Under the pieces are notes generated by a model. The model searched no databases, was not told the origin of the DNA, and saw only the letters and a program-made list of their open reading frames with translations. 64,000 nucleotides of DNA from Candidatus Levyibacteriota bacterium (lineage in GTDB: Bacteria > Patescibacteriota > Microgenomatia > Levybacterales > UBA12049). Both the position numbers and the translations under genes were made by a program. Below, in pieces: positions 51,264 to 60,441 of this stretch (position 1 is the stretch's first letter; every line of letters begins with the position of its first letter). The stretch is taken from the NCBI GenBank assembly GCA_016180725.1, contig JACPAR010000005.1, positions 22,654-86,653 of the forward strand, given 5' to 3'.

Positions 51264-53177
51264 TTATTTAATTAGTTGTTTCACCTTTTTTACAATACTT
51301 GCGGCATTAATACCAGCATCGGCAAGAAGTTCATCTTTAAGACCTGAACGAGAGATGTGGTCAACTGCCATTTTTTCAACTATTGCGCCGTTTTTTGATA
51401 AAGCAGATAAAACAAAATCCCCTAAGCCTCCATGCTCAAAATGATCCTCAACGGTAATAATGACGTTCTTTTTTGTTTCCGATATGCATTTTATAAGAGT
51501 CTTTTGATCGATAGGTTTAATTGAATAGCAATCAACAACCCGTATCATGATTCCTTTTTCTTTGAGGATATCGTACGCTTTTAATGCTTCGTGAACAGTA
51601 ATTCCTGCCGCAACTACGGTAAGTAAATCAATTTTAGATTTTTTAAGAATTTTTGATCCACCTATAGAAAACGATTCGTCCATATCGTAAAGAACAGGTG
51701 TTTTTGGCCGCAGTGTTCGAAGGTACGATATTCCAACATGCAATACAAGTTGTGGAATAAGTTTTGCAGTCGACACAGCATCCGAAGGATGAAGCACGAT
51801 TGAGTCAGGAAGCGTACCGAACATGGCAATATCTTCTAGTCCCATTTGTGATGGCCCGTCTTCACCAATAGAAACGCCGGCATGTGAACCGACAAATTTA
51901 ATATTAGCTCTTGAAATGGAAGACATTCTTATTTGATCAAAAGCTCTTGTTAGAAAGGCAGCAAATGTTGCAGCGAATGGAATCTTTCCCTGTGTAGACA
52001 AGCCAACCGCTATCCCAACCATATTCTGTTCTGCAATAAAACATTGTATAAATTGATCCGGTAGCTCTTTTTTAAATTTATTCACACCGGTAGAATTGGA
52101 AACATCGGCGTCAAGCGAATAAACACTTTTATTTAATTTTCCAATTGCTGCTAATACATCTCCAAAAGCTTCCCTGGTAGAAACTTCGCTACCTATGTTA
52201 TATGAATTTTTATCTTCAAAAGCTAGTGTTTTTAAATTTCTCTTAGAGTTTATTTTCTTTTGAGGTTTTCTAAGATTAAAAAGTATGGGGCTTTTCTCTA
52301 TTTTTTCATCTACAGGAAGTTCGCTTAAAGCTTTTTCTAACTCTTCTTTACTTAAAGGTTTACCATGTAAATCTTCTCTACCCTCTAAAAACGAAACTCC
52401 TTTGCCCTTAACTGTATTAGCAATTATCATAACCGGTTTTTCTGTTTTATTATTAATAGCATCCTTAAAAGCATCATCAATTTGATAAAAATCATGTCCG
52501 TCAATAACTAGAGTCTTAAAACCTATTGAAGAAAAAATGTTTTGATATTTTTTAACATCATGACCAAACATTGTTTTACCTCTTAGCTCCAATCCATTAA
52601 CGTCTAGAATTGCAATAAGATTATTAAGATTGTAATAAGAAGCAAAGCTAGCAGCTTCGTAAATTTGTCCCTCTTCACATTCCCCATCTCCCAAAAGCAC
52701 ATATACCTTTGGCATATTTGCTATTTGAAATTTGCTATTTGAAATTTGTGCTTTCAGCGCATATGCCATTCCTGCTCCAATCGATAGTCCTTGCCCTAAA
52801 GAACCTGTTGCTGCATCTGCATAAGGAAAATTGGGCGTAGGATGGCCTTCGAGTCTGCTTCCATATTTGCGTAGATTTAATAGTTCCTTTAATGGAAAAG
52901 CGCCGGTTAATGCAAAAAGTGTGTATAGCAAAGGCGCAGCATGACCTTTGGAAAAAATCAATTTATCATTATTGGGATTTTTAGGATATTTAATGTCATA
53001 ATTAAAATACTTTTCAAACAGAATTGTTGTTATCTCTACTGGAGACAAGCAAGAAGTGGGATGTCCGGATCCTACCTCGGTTGTTGATATTAAAGACCAT
53101 TTTCTTATAAGTGCTGCCTTATTCTTTAATTCTTCTATGTTTAGCATTTCAAAAATAATATATTTGTTATAATTCAT
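51264..53177 (-). CDS. tkt: transketolase
   Basis: TPP-binding N-domain (SGHPTS, GDGECEEGQ) and pyrimidine-binding/C-terminal domains. Confidence 0.9.
   Translation of the reverse strand: MNYNKYIIFEMLNIEELKNKAALIRKWSLISTTEVGSGHPTSCLSPVEITTILFEKYFNYDIKYPKNPNNDKLIFSKGHAAPLLYTLFALTGAFPLKELLNLRKYGSRLEGHPTPNFPYADAATGSLGQGLSIGAGMAYALKAQISNSKFQIANMPKVYVLLGDGECEEGQIYEAASFASYYNLNNLIAILDVNGLELRGKTMFGHDVKKYQNIFSSIGFKTLVIDGHDFYQIDDAFKDAINNKTEKPVMIIANTVKGKGVSFLEGREDLHGKPLSKEELEKALSELPVDEKIEKSPILFNLRKPQKKINSKRNLKTLAFEDKNSYNIGSEVSTREAFGDVLAAIGKLNKSVYSLDADVSNSTGVNKFKKELPDQFIQCFIAEQNMVGIAVGLSTQGKIPFAATFAAFLTRAFDQIRMSSISRANIKFVGSHAGVSIGEDGPSQMGLEDIAMFGTLPDSIVLHPSDAVSTAKLIPQLVLHVGISYLRTLRPKTPVLYDMDESFSIGGSKILKKSKIDLLTVVAAGITVHEALKAYDILKEKGIMIRVVDCYSIKPIDQKTLIKCISETKKNVIITVEDHFEHGGLGDFVLSALSKNGAIVEKMAVDHISRSGLKDELLADAGINAASIVKKVKQLIK
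52713..52750. repeat. period-7/14 tandem repeat (ATTTGCTATTTGAA)x2 inside tkt
   Basis: Direct reading of the sequence. It encodes AQISNSKFQIAN in frame. Confidence 0.7.
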
Positions 53178-53179
53178 TT

Positions 53180-53947
53180 ATGGATTATTTTCAAGCGGCA
53201 ATTTTAAGCATTGTTGAAGGAATAACCGAATTTCTCCCAATTTCCTCTACAGGCCATTTAGTTTTAGCCTCAAAACTTTTAAACCTCCCGCAAACAGATT
53301 TTGTAAAAAGCTTTGAAATAATCATTCAGCTTGGCGCAATCTTAGCAGTTATTGTTTTATATTGGAAAATTATTATTAATAAGAATGTTTGGAAAATAGT
53401 TTTCGCTGCTTTTTTACCAACTGCAATCATTGGATTTACTCTATACAAACTGGTAAAAAATATTTTATTAGGAAACTCTCAGATAACACTTCTGGCACTT
53501 TTTATAGGTGGAGTTATACTTATATTTTTAGAATTAATCTATAAAGAAAAAGAGCACCATGTAGATAAAATTGAAAATATAAGCTTAAAGAATGCATTCT
53601 TAATTGGGCTTTTTCAATCAATTTCAATTATTCCCGGCGTTTCCCGTGCTGCTGCGACTATTATAGGAGCATTGTTTATGGGGACAAAACGCAAAACTTC
53701 TGTTGAGTTTTCTTTTCTGCTTGCAATTCCAACTATGCTTGCCGCAACTGGGCTAGATTTAATCAAGAATAATTTTTCTTTTTCAACTTCTGAACTTTCT
53801 TTACTTTTAGTTGGATTTATCGGGTCTTTTGTTGTTGCCATTTTGGCTGTTAAGTTTTTTTTAAAAGTTATTCAAACCCATACGTTTATTCCTTTTGGTA
53901 TTTATAGAATTGCTTTAGCGCTTCTCTTTTGGCTAACCATAAAATAA
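53180..53947 (+). CDS. uppP: undecaprenyl-diphosphatase
   Basis: ILSIVEGITEFLPISSTGHL signature. Confidence 0.9.
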   Translation: MDYFQAAILSIVEGITEFLPISSTGHLVLASKLLNLPQTDFVKSFEIIIQLGAILAVIVLYWKIIINKNVWKIVFAAFLPTAIIGFTLYKLVKNILLGNSQITLLALFIGGVILIFLELIYKEKEHHVDKIENISLKNAFLIGLFQSISIIPGVSRAAATIIGALFMGTKRKTSVEFSFLLAIPTMLAATGLDLIKNNFSFSTSELSLLLVGFIGSFVVAILAVKFFLKVIQTHTFIPFGIYRIALALLFWLTIK

Positions 53948-54240
53948 TGAATACATTTCAAAAAATCTATACTGTTGTCTCAAAAATTCCTAAGGGAAAA
54001 ATAATGACTTATGGACAAGTTGCAAAAATTGCAAAAACAACGCCTCGTGTTGTTGGCTTTGCTCTGCGGGCAAATAAAGATCCGCAACATATTCCTTGCC
54101 ATAGAGTAGTAAGCAGCAAAGGTGAACTCACCGGCTACGCGTTTGGAGGAATAAAAAGAAAAAAAGAAATTTTGGAAAAAGAAGGCGTACAATTTATCAA
54201 CAATCAAACAGTTAATCTTAAAGAAAGCCTTTTAATTTAA
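53929..54240 (+). CDS. ogt: methylated-DNA--protein-cysteine methyltransferase (MGMT DNA-binding/active-site domain only)
   Basis: Active-site PCHRVV motif. At 103 aa, the N-terminal domain is absent. Confidence 0.7.
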   Translation: MANHKIMNTFQKIYTVVSKIPKGKIMTYGQVAKIAKTTPRVVGFALRANKDPQHIPCHRVVSSKGELTGYAFGGIKRKKEILEKEGVQFINNQTVNLKESLLI

Positions 54241-54490
54241 CTTTTTTCCAGAGATTTCCACAAATATCTACAGGCTACTGCGCGGTAAGGTTTCCAGCTA
54301 ATGGAAATTTCTTCTATTTTCTTTTTATCTTTCCTGTCAACGCCGTATAGCTTTGATACAGCAGCACAAAGTCCTAAGTCACCAATTGAATTTTTGAACA
54401 ATTTTTTAAATCGAGTAAATATTGTATCCCCAGCTTTTTTATAACCGGATCTCTACTTAAATATTTTATTGCTTCTTTAGCTATTTCCAT
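54237..54490 (-). pseudogene. remnant of an HhH-GPD DNA glycosylase (AlkA-like): N-terminal 38 aa and C-terminal 45 aa in different frames, core missing
   Basis: The minus strand reads MEIAKEAIKYLSRDPVIKKLG...* and then, after a frameshift, LCAAVSKLYGVDRKDKKKIEEISISWKPYRAVACRYLWKSLEKS* (W.PYR..A..YLW tail). Confidence 0.4.
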
Positions 54491-54606
54491 ACCCTATTAT
54501 AAACTATAACACTTTTTGGCTCTGGTTTTGGCTTTTGAACATTTAAAAAACGCTCCTTTTAATTTCCGGTCTTTAATTTCTAATATCTAATGAAGAAGAG
54601 TATGTG

Positions 54607-55254
54607 CTACATGCTTGCGTTTGGATCACCAAGAAGAACCTGATATTTTCTATTTATCCATAGATATGGCGCTGCATCCTTTTGAGCCGATGTTGCTCTT
54701 GTAGAAATCATATAAGAGAAATTACGAACCATAGACTCTTGTGATTTTCTATAAGCATCTTTGGCTGTATTACCTTTAAGAAAAGACATGGGGATTAGAT
54801 TTGAAGGAGAAATAAATAATTTAGCGATATTATCTTGCAATGGATGAGCTATGCTTGAATCTGAATAACAAATTGTATATTTCTTTTTATACCCAATAAA
54901 AGCGAGTGTATTATTATTTATACATAACTGTCCTAAATTTTCTGCAGCATCACAGCTTCTTGCATAGACAATCTTCTTTTTAAGTAATTTTTCATTTTTA
55001 TTAGCTACCACTAATGGTTCGTTGTTATAGCCTGTTATAACATCTTGGTTTCCGTGTCCATTGAAAAATACTAAAATAGGCTCATTTTTAACCATATAGC
55101 TTGTAAATATTTTTTCATTGGCTCTTTTGCCTAATAAATCCAATACTTTTATATTTTTCCTCTTCGCAAGATTTATTACATATTCACTCCATTGAAATAA
55201 ATATGTAGTTATAAGATCGTGGTCGGGTCGTGTAATAAGAATTGCTTTACTCAT
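54607..55254 (-). CDS. clan CD (caspase/C14-like) cysteine peptidase fold protein, 215 aa
   Basis: KAILITRP beta1, ILVFFNGHG (His-Gly), and 34 residues later KKKIVYARSCDA (hydrophobic strand then Cys). This is the last gene of a 3-gene ATGA-coupled operon. Confidence 0.4.
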   Translation of the reverse strand: MSKAILITRPDHDLITTYLFQWSEYVINLAKRKNIKVLDLLGKRANEKIFTSYMVKNEPILVFFNGHGNQDVITGYNNEPLVVANKNEKLLKKKIVYARSCDAAENLGQLCINNNTLAFIGYKKKYTICYSDSSIAHPLQDNIAKLFISPSNLIPMSFLKGNTAKDAYRKSQESMVRNFSYMISTRATSAQKDAAPYLWINRKYQVLLGDPNASM

Positions 55255-55508
55255 GAGGAAGATTGATAAATTGCTCCTGATGCCATATCTCTAAGATATT
55301 CCATTTGTATTTCCATTATTTCTTTACCAACCTCATTTCCTGCTTTTACATTTTCTATCATTTCCGTTTTTGTATATTCTGTTGATCCAATCGCAATTCT
55401 CAAATCATCAGAGGCAGCCATAATTCGCGCTAAGACAAGTTTTTTAATATCTTCTTGTATTTTGGGATTTGAATTTTTCTCCATTTGTCTATTTTTATTT
55501 TTACTCAT
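55251..55508 (-). CDS. hypothetical 85-aa helical protein (operon partner)
   Basis: Start and stop overlap its neighbours by 4 nt (ATGA). Confidence 0.4.
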   Translation of the reverse strand: MSKNKNRQMEKNSNPKIQEDIKKLVLARIMAASDDLRIAIGSTEYTKTEMIENVKAGNEVGKEIMEIQMEYLRDMASGAIYQSSS

Positions 55509-55690
55509 TTTAGAATTCCTAATTCAACTAATTTTTCTAGAATTTCTTTTCCTTTATTGGTGTTATTTTCAATTTCAATTTTTGCTGCATTCCAGGTTAG
55601 CGGTTCATCATCTACTACTACAACAATTTCCGTTCTTTGCCCAAGAGGTAAATTAGCATATATTTGTAGAAATTTAGTTTGAAGATTCAT
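55505..55690 (-). CDS. hypothetical 61-aa protein (operon partner)
   Basis: First gene of the coupled trio, with no recognisable domain. Confidence 0.35.
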   Translation of the reverse strand: MNLQTKFLQIYANLPLGQRTEIVVVVDDEPLTWNAAKIEIENNTNKGKEILEKLVELGILK

Positions 55691-55900
55691 AGCTTACGGC
55701 TGCTTTCTAACTGAATTATATGTAAGAGATATATAAAATACAATAGGTATTCAGTAAGAATAAAGCAAGCGGAGATTCTTAAGTCATCCCGACATTTCAA
55801 TCTCAATCTCTATTAAACAACCTAAGATATTTTAAGGTATTCTTAAGTCTTCAAGGAAAATATAAACCTTTTAGAATTAAAGGCCAAGAGTGCAATTATA

Positions 55901-56674
55901 TTAAAAATTATCAATCTTTCCATCCCAACTTTTAATTTCTTTTATATCGGTTGGGGTTAACTTGAACCATTCTCCATTAGTATTTTTATCCTTAAGCTTT
56001 TCATGTAAATATTTTTCTATAATTCTTGGATAATGCGTTTTTATACAATGAACAGGTTTTAATTTTTCAGGAGACAAGGTAGCAAGCTGTATACCTCTTT
56101 GGATAGGATTCTCGCTAATTCCAATTTTATATTCAGAACGGCTTCCATTCTTGTAAATATAAACATAACCTAAATCTTTTTTTTCTTCTTTTCGAGAACT
56201 AGTAGTTTCCAATACTGAATTACATATTTTTATAACATCTTCATAGTTTTTTTTCGTATCTATATATTCTAGAATGCTTTCTGCTATTCCTCTTACCAAT
56301 CCAAATTTTTTATAAAAAGTTGCCGATGCTGGAAAACTTGGATCACCATAATGTTTAACATCTAATTCTCCACGAGTTGGCCAACTTTTATCTTTTCTGA
56401 TCATTTTTATAAATTCTTTAAGTAAAAACTCTTTATTATATTTAGTTTTATCGAATTTGTTAGGAGTTAATTTTGCTTTTCTTACAAGATAACCATATGA
56501 AGGAAAACCGAGCTTTTGGAGAGGATATAACTTCATACCACTTTCTTGGTAAAAAACCTTTTCACTAGGAGTTGAACCTAATTTCGTAGCAAGTTTTTGA
56601 ATATAATTAATTGCCTCCTTCTGGGATTTTAAAAGATAAGTCTTCATCATAATCTCCTTCTTTATCACATTCAT
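55901..56674 (-). CDS. T5orf172/MUG113 (GIY-YIG superfamily) domain protein
   Basis: C-terminal GYVYIYKNG...YKIGISENPIQRGIQL...NGEWFKL matches the T5orf172 pattern. Confidence 0.5.
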   Translation of the reverse strand: MNVIKKEIMMKTYLLKSQKEAINYIQKLATKLGSTPSEKVFYQESGMKLYPLQKLGFPSYGYLVRKAKLTPNKFDKTKYNKEFLLKEFIKMIRKDKSWPTRGELDVKHYGDPSFPASATFYKKFGLVRGIAESILEYIDTKKNYEDVIKICNSVLETTSSRKEEKKDLGYVYIYKNGSRSEYKIGISENPIQRGIQLATLSPEKLKPVHCIKTHYPRIIEKYLHEKLKDKNTNGEWFKLTPTDIKEIKSWDGKIDNF

Positions 56675-56742
56675 AACATAATTTTAAACATTTGTCAATA
56701 AAACTTCTAGTAGTCTAATAATTATATTTATTGGGGGGGGGA

Positions 56743-56750
56743 AATAAATA
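56743..56750. repeat. homopolymeric G8 tract ~70 nt upstream of T5orf172 gene
   Basis: GGGGGGGG in a 33% GC genome. Direct reading of the sequence. Confidence 0.7.
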
Positions 56751-56828
56751 ATTTCAAGGGAATTTTATTAATGTCGTACAATGGTTGTGTTTACGAAGGA
56801 GATTTAAGGACTTAGGAAACGAGGGGTT

Positions 56829-57365
56829 TTAGTTTTTGAAATCTTCACGAAGTAAGGGGAGATAAATATTTGGAAATCGAAGACCGGCGGCAGGATGAAA
56901 AGTTAAAAAATATTTCTTATTATCTTTTTTTATTATTTTCCCATGCTCTTTTGTAATTGGAATTTTTTCCTGAAGCACTCCCTGTGCGGCCACACTACCT
57001 AAAAGAACAATAATTTTTGGATTGATGACTAATAGCTGTTTCATGAGATGGATACGACCATGTGCGATGTCAGAGCTTGAAGGAGTACCGCGGTCGGGTA
57101 AATATTTTACAGGACTTGTGATGTACACGTCTTCTTCTTTAAGTCCGCTGTCTTGAATGAGTGAGCGAAGAAGTTTGCCTGATCGTCCAACAAAGGGCCT
57201 TCCCGTTTTTGCTTCTTCTCTCCCTGGGGCCTCACCTATAAAGGCAATATCTGCGTCCGGATTACCTTCGCCCACAACTGCCTTCCCACTCTTTCCTTCT
57301 TTACACACTTCACACTTCTCGATTTCTTTAGCTATAATTTTAAGAACAGATTTTTTGTCGATCAC
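56829..57365 (-). CDS. uracil-DNA glycosylase, family 4
   Basis: [17 protein letters not shown] and 4Fe-4S Cys ligands (CEVCKEGK). Confidence 0.85.
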   Translation of the reverse strand: MIDKKSVLKIIAKEIEKCEVCKEGKSGKAVVGEGNPDADIAFIGEAPGREEAKTGRPFVGRSGKLLRSLIQDSGLKEEDVYITSPVKYLPDRGTPSSSDIAHGRIHLMKQLLVINPKIIVLLGSVAAQGVLQEKIPITKEHGKIIKKDNKKYFLTFHPAAGLRFPNIYLPLLREDFKN

Positions 57366-57391
57366 GTTTTAAAGAGGATTATAACAGTATT

Positions 57392-57727
57392 TTATTCTTT
57401 TTTCTCTTTTGCTTCTCTTATGTCTTTATGCAGTTCTTTTTTTAACTCCTCTGCTGATTTTTTAATTTTTTCTTCGATGTTTTCTATCTTTTCATTGAGT
57501 AGCTCCCAGATTTTATCGTGTTGATCGGAATGAAGATGCTGCAGAAACACTAGCTTATCTTCTTCTGAAAGCTCAGAAAGAATTGTGTCCGTAATCACAT
57601 GATGTAATTGTGATTCCGCAAGAGATACAAGCTCCACTCGCTCATCTTGCGATAAATTCATATCGCCTAATTCAAGCGAAATAACCGATGTTTCAACAAG
57701 ATGGCTGTAAAAATGCTTTCTTTTCAT
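57392..57727 (-). CDS. hypothetical acidic coiled-coil protein
   Basis: ORF-track only. Confidence 0.3.
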   Translation of the reverse strand: MKRKHFYSHLVETSVISLELGDMNLSQDERVELVSLAESQLHHVITDTILSELSEEDKLVFLQHLHSDQHDKIWELLNEKIENIEEKIKKSAEELKKELHKDIREAKEKKE

Positions 57728-57730
57728 ATT

Positions 57731-58618
57731 TTATTTCATGCTAATTGGACCCAGCGGGACTTTATCTTCCGGATCATCAATAAAAAAGTATAACACAGCG
57801 CCTTTTATTGATCCATCAAAACGCTCTAAATAATGCATAATTTCCGGTGACCCTCCCAAGTGCTTACCAGTCCAAACTGCAGGTCCGGCGTCGCCAATAA
57901 CTGCAATAATCGCTTTTCCGTTATCGGGATTTACGACAATCATTTTCCTATATTTAAAAAAATCTCTATATTCGGCAAACCTTTTATTAAAGTCTACTGA
58001 AAGAAATGTTTGAACAGCTATATAATATTTTTCCCTAAGCCTATCTTTCTCTGTCATCTCCATGGATGATTGCGTAAAATATCCCCAAGCTCCAAGTCCT
58101 GGAGCCATACCTGACGAATAATATAATTTTGATTCTTCCTCCGAATCAAAATGAGCAGAGATATTATCACCAGGAAAACGCGCTAAATGCTGTTCTGCGC
58201 CAATTAATCCATAACTTCTATTAAGCCTTTTTCCATCAATCTCTGCCTTAACTTTTACCCCAAAGCTTCTGGTTAATATTTCTGTAATAGTTTGCTCTTC
58301 CTTCGAAGTTAAAGATCTTAATTCGAAAGGCAATAATTTAACTAAGTCTGTAATTAAAAAAATATTTTTATCCAATTCTTTTGCAGATGCTTGATTAGCA
58401 ACCAATAAAGAGGGAACTGATGGAAGCTTGTATGCCGTAGGAGAGGTAAGAAGCAAAAATCCGCTTAACGACCCCACTGCCAATTGCCTAGCATTACTAA
58501 AAGCTTCTTCAAGAGAACTTCTATGTTTGCTCCAAAGATTTTCCTGTAAATTCTTTTGACGAACAGTCCATTTACTTTTTAGATGTTCAAACTGTGGCTT
58601 TTTGTTTTGAGATGGCAC
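57731..58618 (-). CDS. protein with C-terminal RlpA-like double-psi beta-barrel (DPBB) domain
   Basis: MIVVNPDNGKAIIAVIGDAGP...GGSPEIMHYL resembles the RlpA/3D DPBB core. Confidence 0.35.
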   Translation of the reverse strand: MPSQNKKPQFEHLKSKWTVRQKNLQENLWSKHRSSLEEAFSNARQLAVGSLSGFLLLTSPTAYKLPSVPSLLVANQASAKELDKNIFLITDLVKLLPFELRSLTSKEEQTITEILTRSFGVKVKAEIDGKRLNRSYGLIGAEQHLARFPGDNISAHFDSEEESKLYYSSGMAPGLGAWGYFTQSSMEMTEKDRLREKYYIAVQTFLSVDFNKRFAEYRDFFKYRKMIVVNPDNGKAIIAVIGDAGPAVWTGKHLGGSPEIMHYLERFDGSIKGAVLYFFIDDPEDKVPLGPISMK

Positions 58619-58723
58619 TCTTTAAGAGTAGTATATTTTTATTTACGCTGTCAAACTTTCCGTTTTTACAATCACTTCCTCTTCTCCTTTAATGTCCATA
58701 TAGTATAATTAAAAACAAACTAT

Positions 58724-60439
58724 ATGAGGCTTGTGTTATTTTTGTCCTCGTTGCTTATTTCTATAATTCTTGGAGAGCTCTTCCTGCGAGTCTTAAATCA
58801 ACCTCCAGAGTTAAGTAGAAAATATAAGGTTAATTATGCTTCATGGATGTTACAGTATGGAAAACTAAATTCCAGCGGATACCGCGACTCAGAACACACT
58901 TTAGAAAAGCCTAAAGACACTTTTAGAATTTACTTTTTAGGAGATTCCTTTACTTACGGACTATTGTTAAATAACCCAAATGATACTCTCCCTAAAAAAA
59001 TTGAAAAATATTTAAGCAACAAATTAACTAAAAAAGTAGAAACCATAAATGCTGCTTTCCCGGGTTTTAACATTAATGACGAGGTAAATAGATTTTTATG
59101 GGAAGGAAAATATTACCATCCAGATTTGGTTGTTTTGGGATTAAATTATGACGAAGCCAATATAAGTAATGTAGGGTTAGAAAATATAGAAGCAAATGTT
59201 CCCCTTTGGATAAAAAGGTCAAGATGGTATCAAATTTTGATAGGAGGATACCTTAGAAATATTGCAGAAACAAATTACAGAAAATATATTCTTTCCATTT
59301 ATGAAGATAAAAATTCAAAAGACTGGAAAAAATTTTCTCAAAAAGTTTTATTGTTAAAAAACGAAGCCGAAAAAATAAATGCTTCGCTTGCTCTTGTTAT
59401 TTTTCCTCAAATATATCCTAAAAAACCAAATCAATCATATAGCTTCTATGCGTATAATAAACGTTTTCGTGAGTTTGGGAGGAAAAACAATATCATTATA
59501 ATTGATTCTTTAGAAAAGACGCTTGCGTATAAAAATAAACAAGATCTGGTTTTTAGTCCCATGGATTCTCACCCGACACCGGAAATGAATAGATTAGCTG
59601 CCGAAAGTTTTTTGGAGCAATTTAATATTCAGGAGTATATAAATAAGCAAATTCCATTTCAGCCGGATGCAAAAACTTTTTCTCTTACTACTACTAACAA
59701 TAACTTGGGAAATTATATTCTTATTAAGAATATTTATTCAAATAATTATTTCCCTTGGTTATATTTTGAGGAAAAAAATATTGATCATCAAGAATTTCCT
59801 ACAAAAAATTTGTCTTCGCAATATAGGTTTCCCGATAAAATAATTACAGGAAAAAACAACGGTAATGGAATAGAATTAATATATCATGTTTATCCACAAA
59901 AACCAGGCATTATTATTCTTCCTCAAAAAATATATGGACTCACCATCACAGGAATAAACAGGATTATACCTGTTTCAGACATAGACAATGGACCATTATA
60001 TGCGGATATTATCTCAATTATTAAAAAAAATAATAATATAATTATAAATTATAAAAATGAGAATTTTTACCGCGCATTTAGATTTAATCTAAGTATTAAT
60101 GCGCATGAGCTTAATATTAAAACTGATGGAAAAATCGATAATATAACAAAAAATATTTTGCTGGAAAAAGTTAATCCAAAAATAAGCAATCAGATTATTT
60201 TTCCTATTACCGATAAAATAACACTTACTCCAAATTATCAAGAATCAACCAGTAAAAATTACCCATATGCATTCATAGATGGCGTTCTTACAGAAATCAA
60301 GAAAATAAAGCAAGATAAAAAAACCGTAAGTTTAATTTTTGAAAAAGATATTAAAGAAGGACAAAAAATAAGCTTTTATTATTTCGGTAATTCTCCGCTT
60401 GATGATAACGATCACTTAACTATTGCGTATGAACAATAG
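58724..60439 (+). CDS. SGNH/GDSL hydrolase-domain protein with N-terminal TM anchor
   Basis: IYFLGDSFTYG (GDS block I). The rest is unassigned. Confidence 0.5.
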   Translation: MRLVLFLSSLLISIILGELFLRVLNQPPELSRKYKVNYASWMLQYGKLNSSGYRDSEHTLEKPKDTFRIYFLGDSFTYGLLLNNPNDTLPKKIEKYLSNKLTKKVETINAAFPGFNINDEVNRFLWEGKYYHPDLVVLGLNYDEANISNVGLENIEANVPLWIKRSRWYQILIGGYLRNIAETNYRKYILSIYEDKNSKDWKKFSQKVLLLKNEAEKINASLALVIFPQIYPKKPNQSYSFYAYNKRFREFGRKNNIIIIDSLEKTLAYKNKQDLVFSPMDSHPTPEMNRLAAESFLEQFNIQEYINKQIPFQPDAKTFSLTTTNNNLGNYILIKNIYSNNYFPWLYFEEKNIDHQEFPTKNLSSQYRFPDKIITGKNNGNGIELIYHVYPQKPGIIILPQKIYGLTITGINRIIPVSDIDNGPLYADIISIIKKNNNIIINYKNENFYRAFRFNLSINAHELNIKTDGKIDNITKNILLEKVNPKISNQIIFPITDKITLTPNYQESTSKNYPYAFIDGVLTEIKKIKQDKKTVSLIFEKDIKEGQKISFYYFGNSPLDDNDHLTIAYEQ

Positions 60440-60441
60440 GC

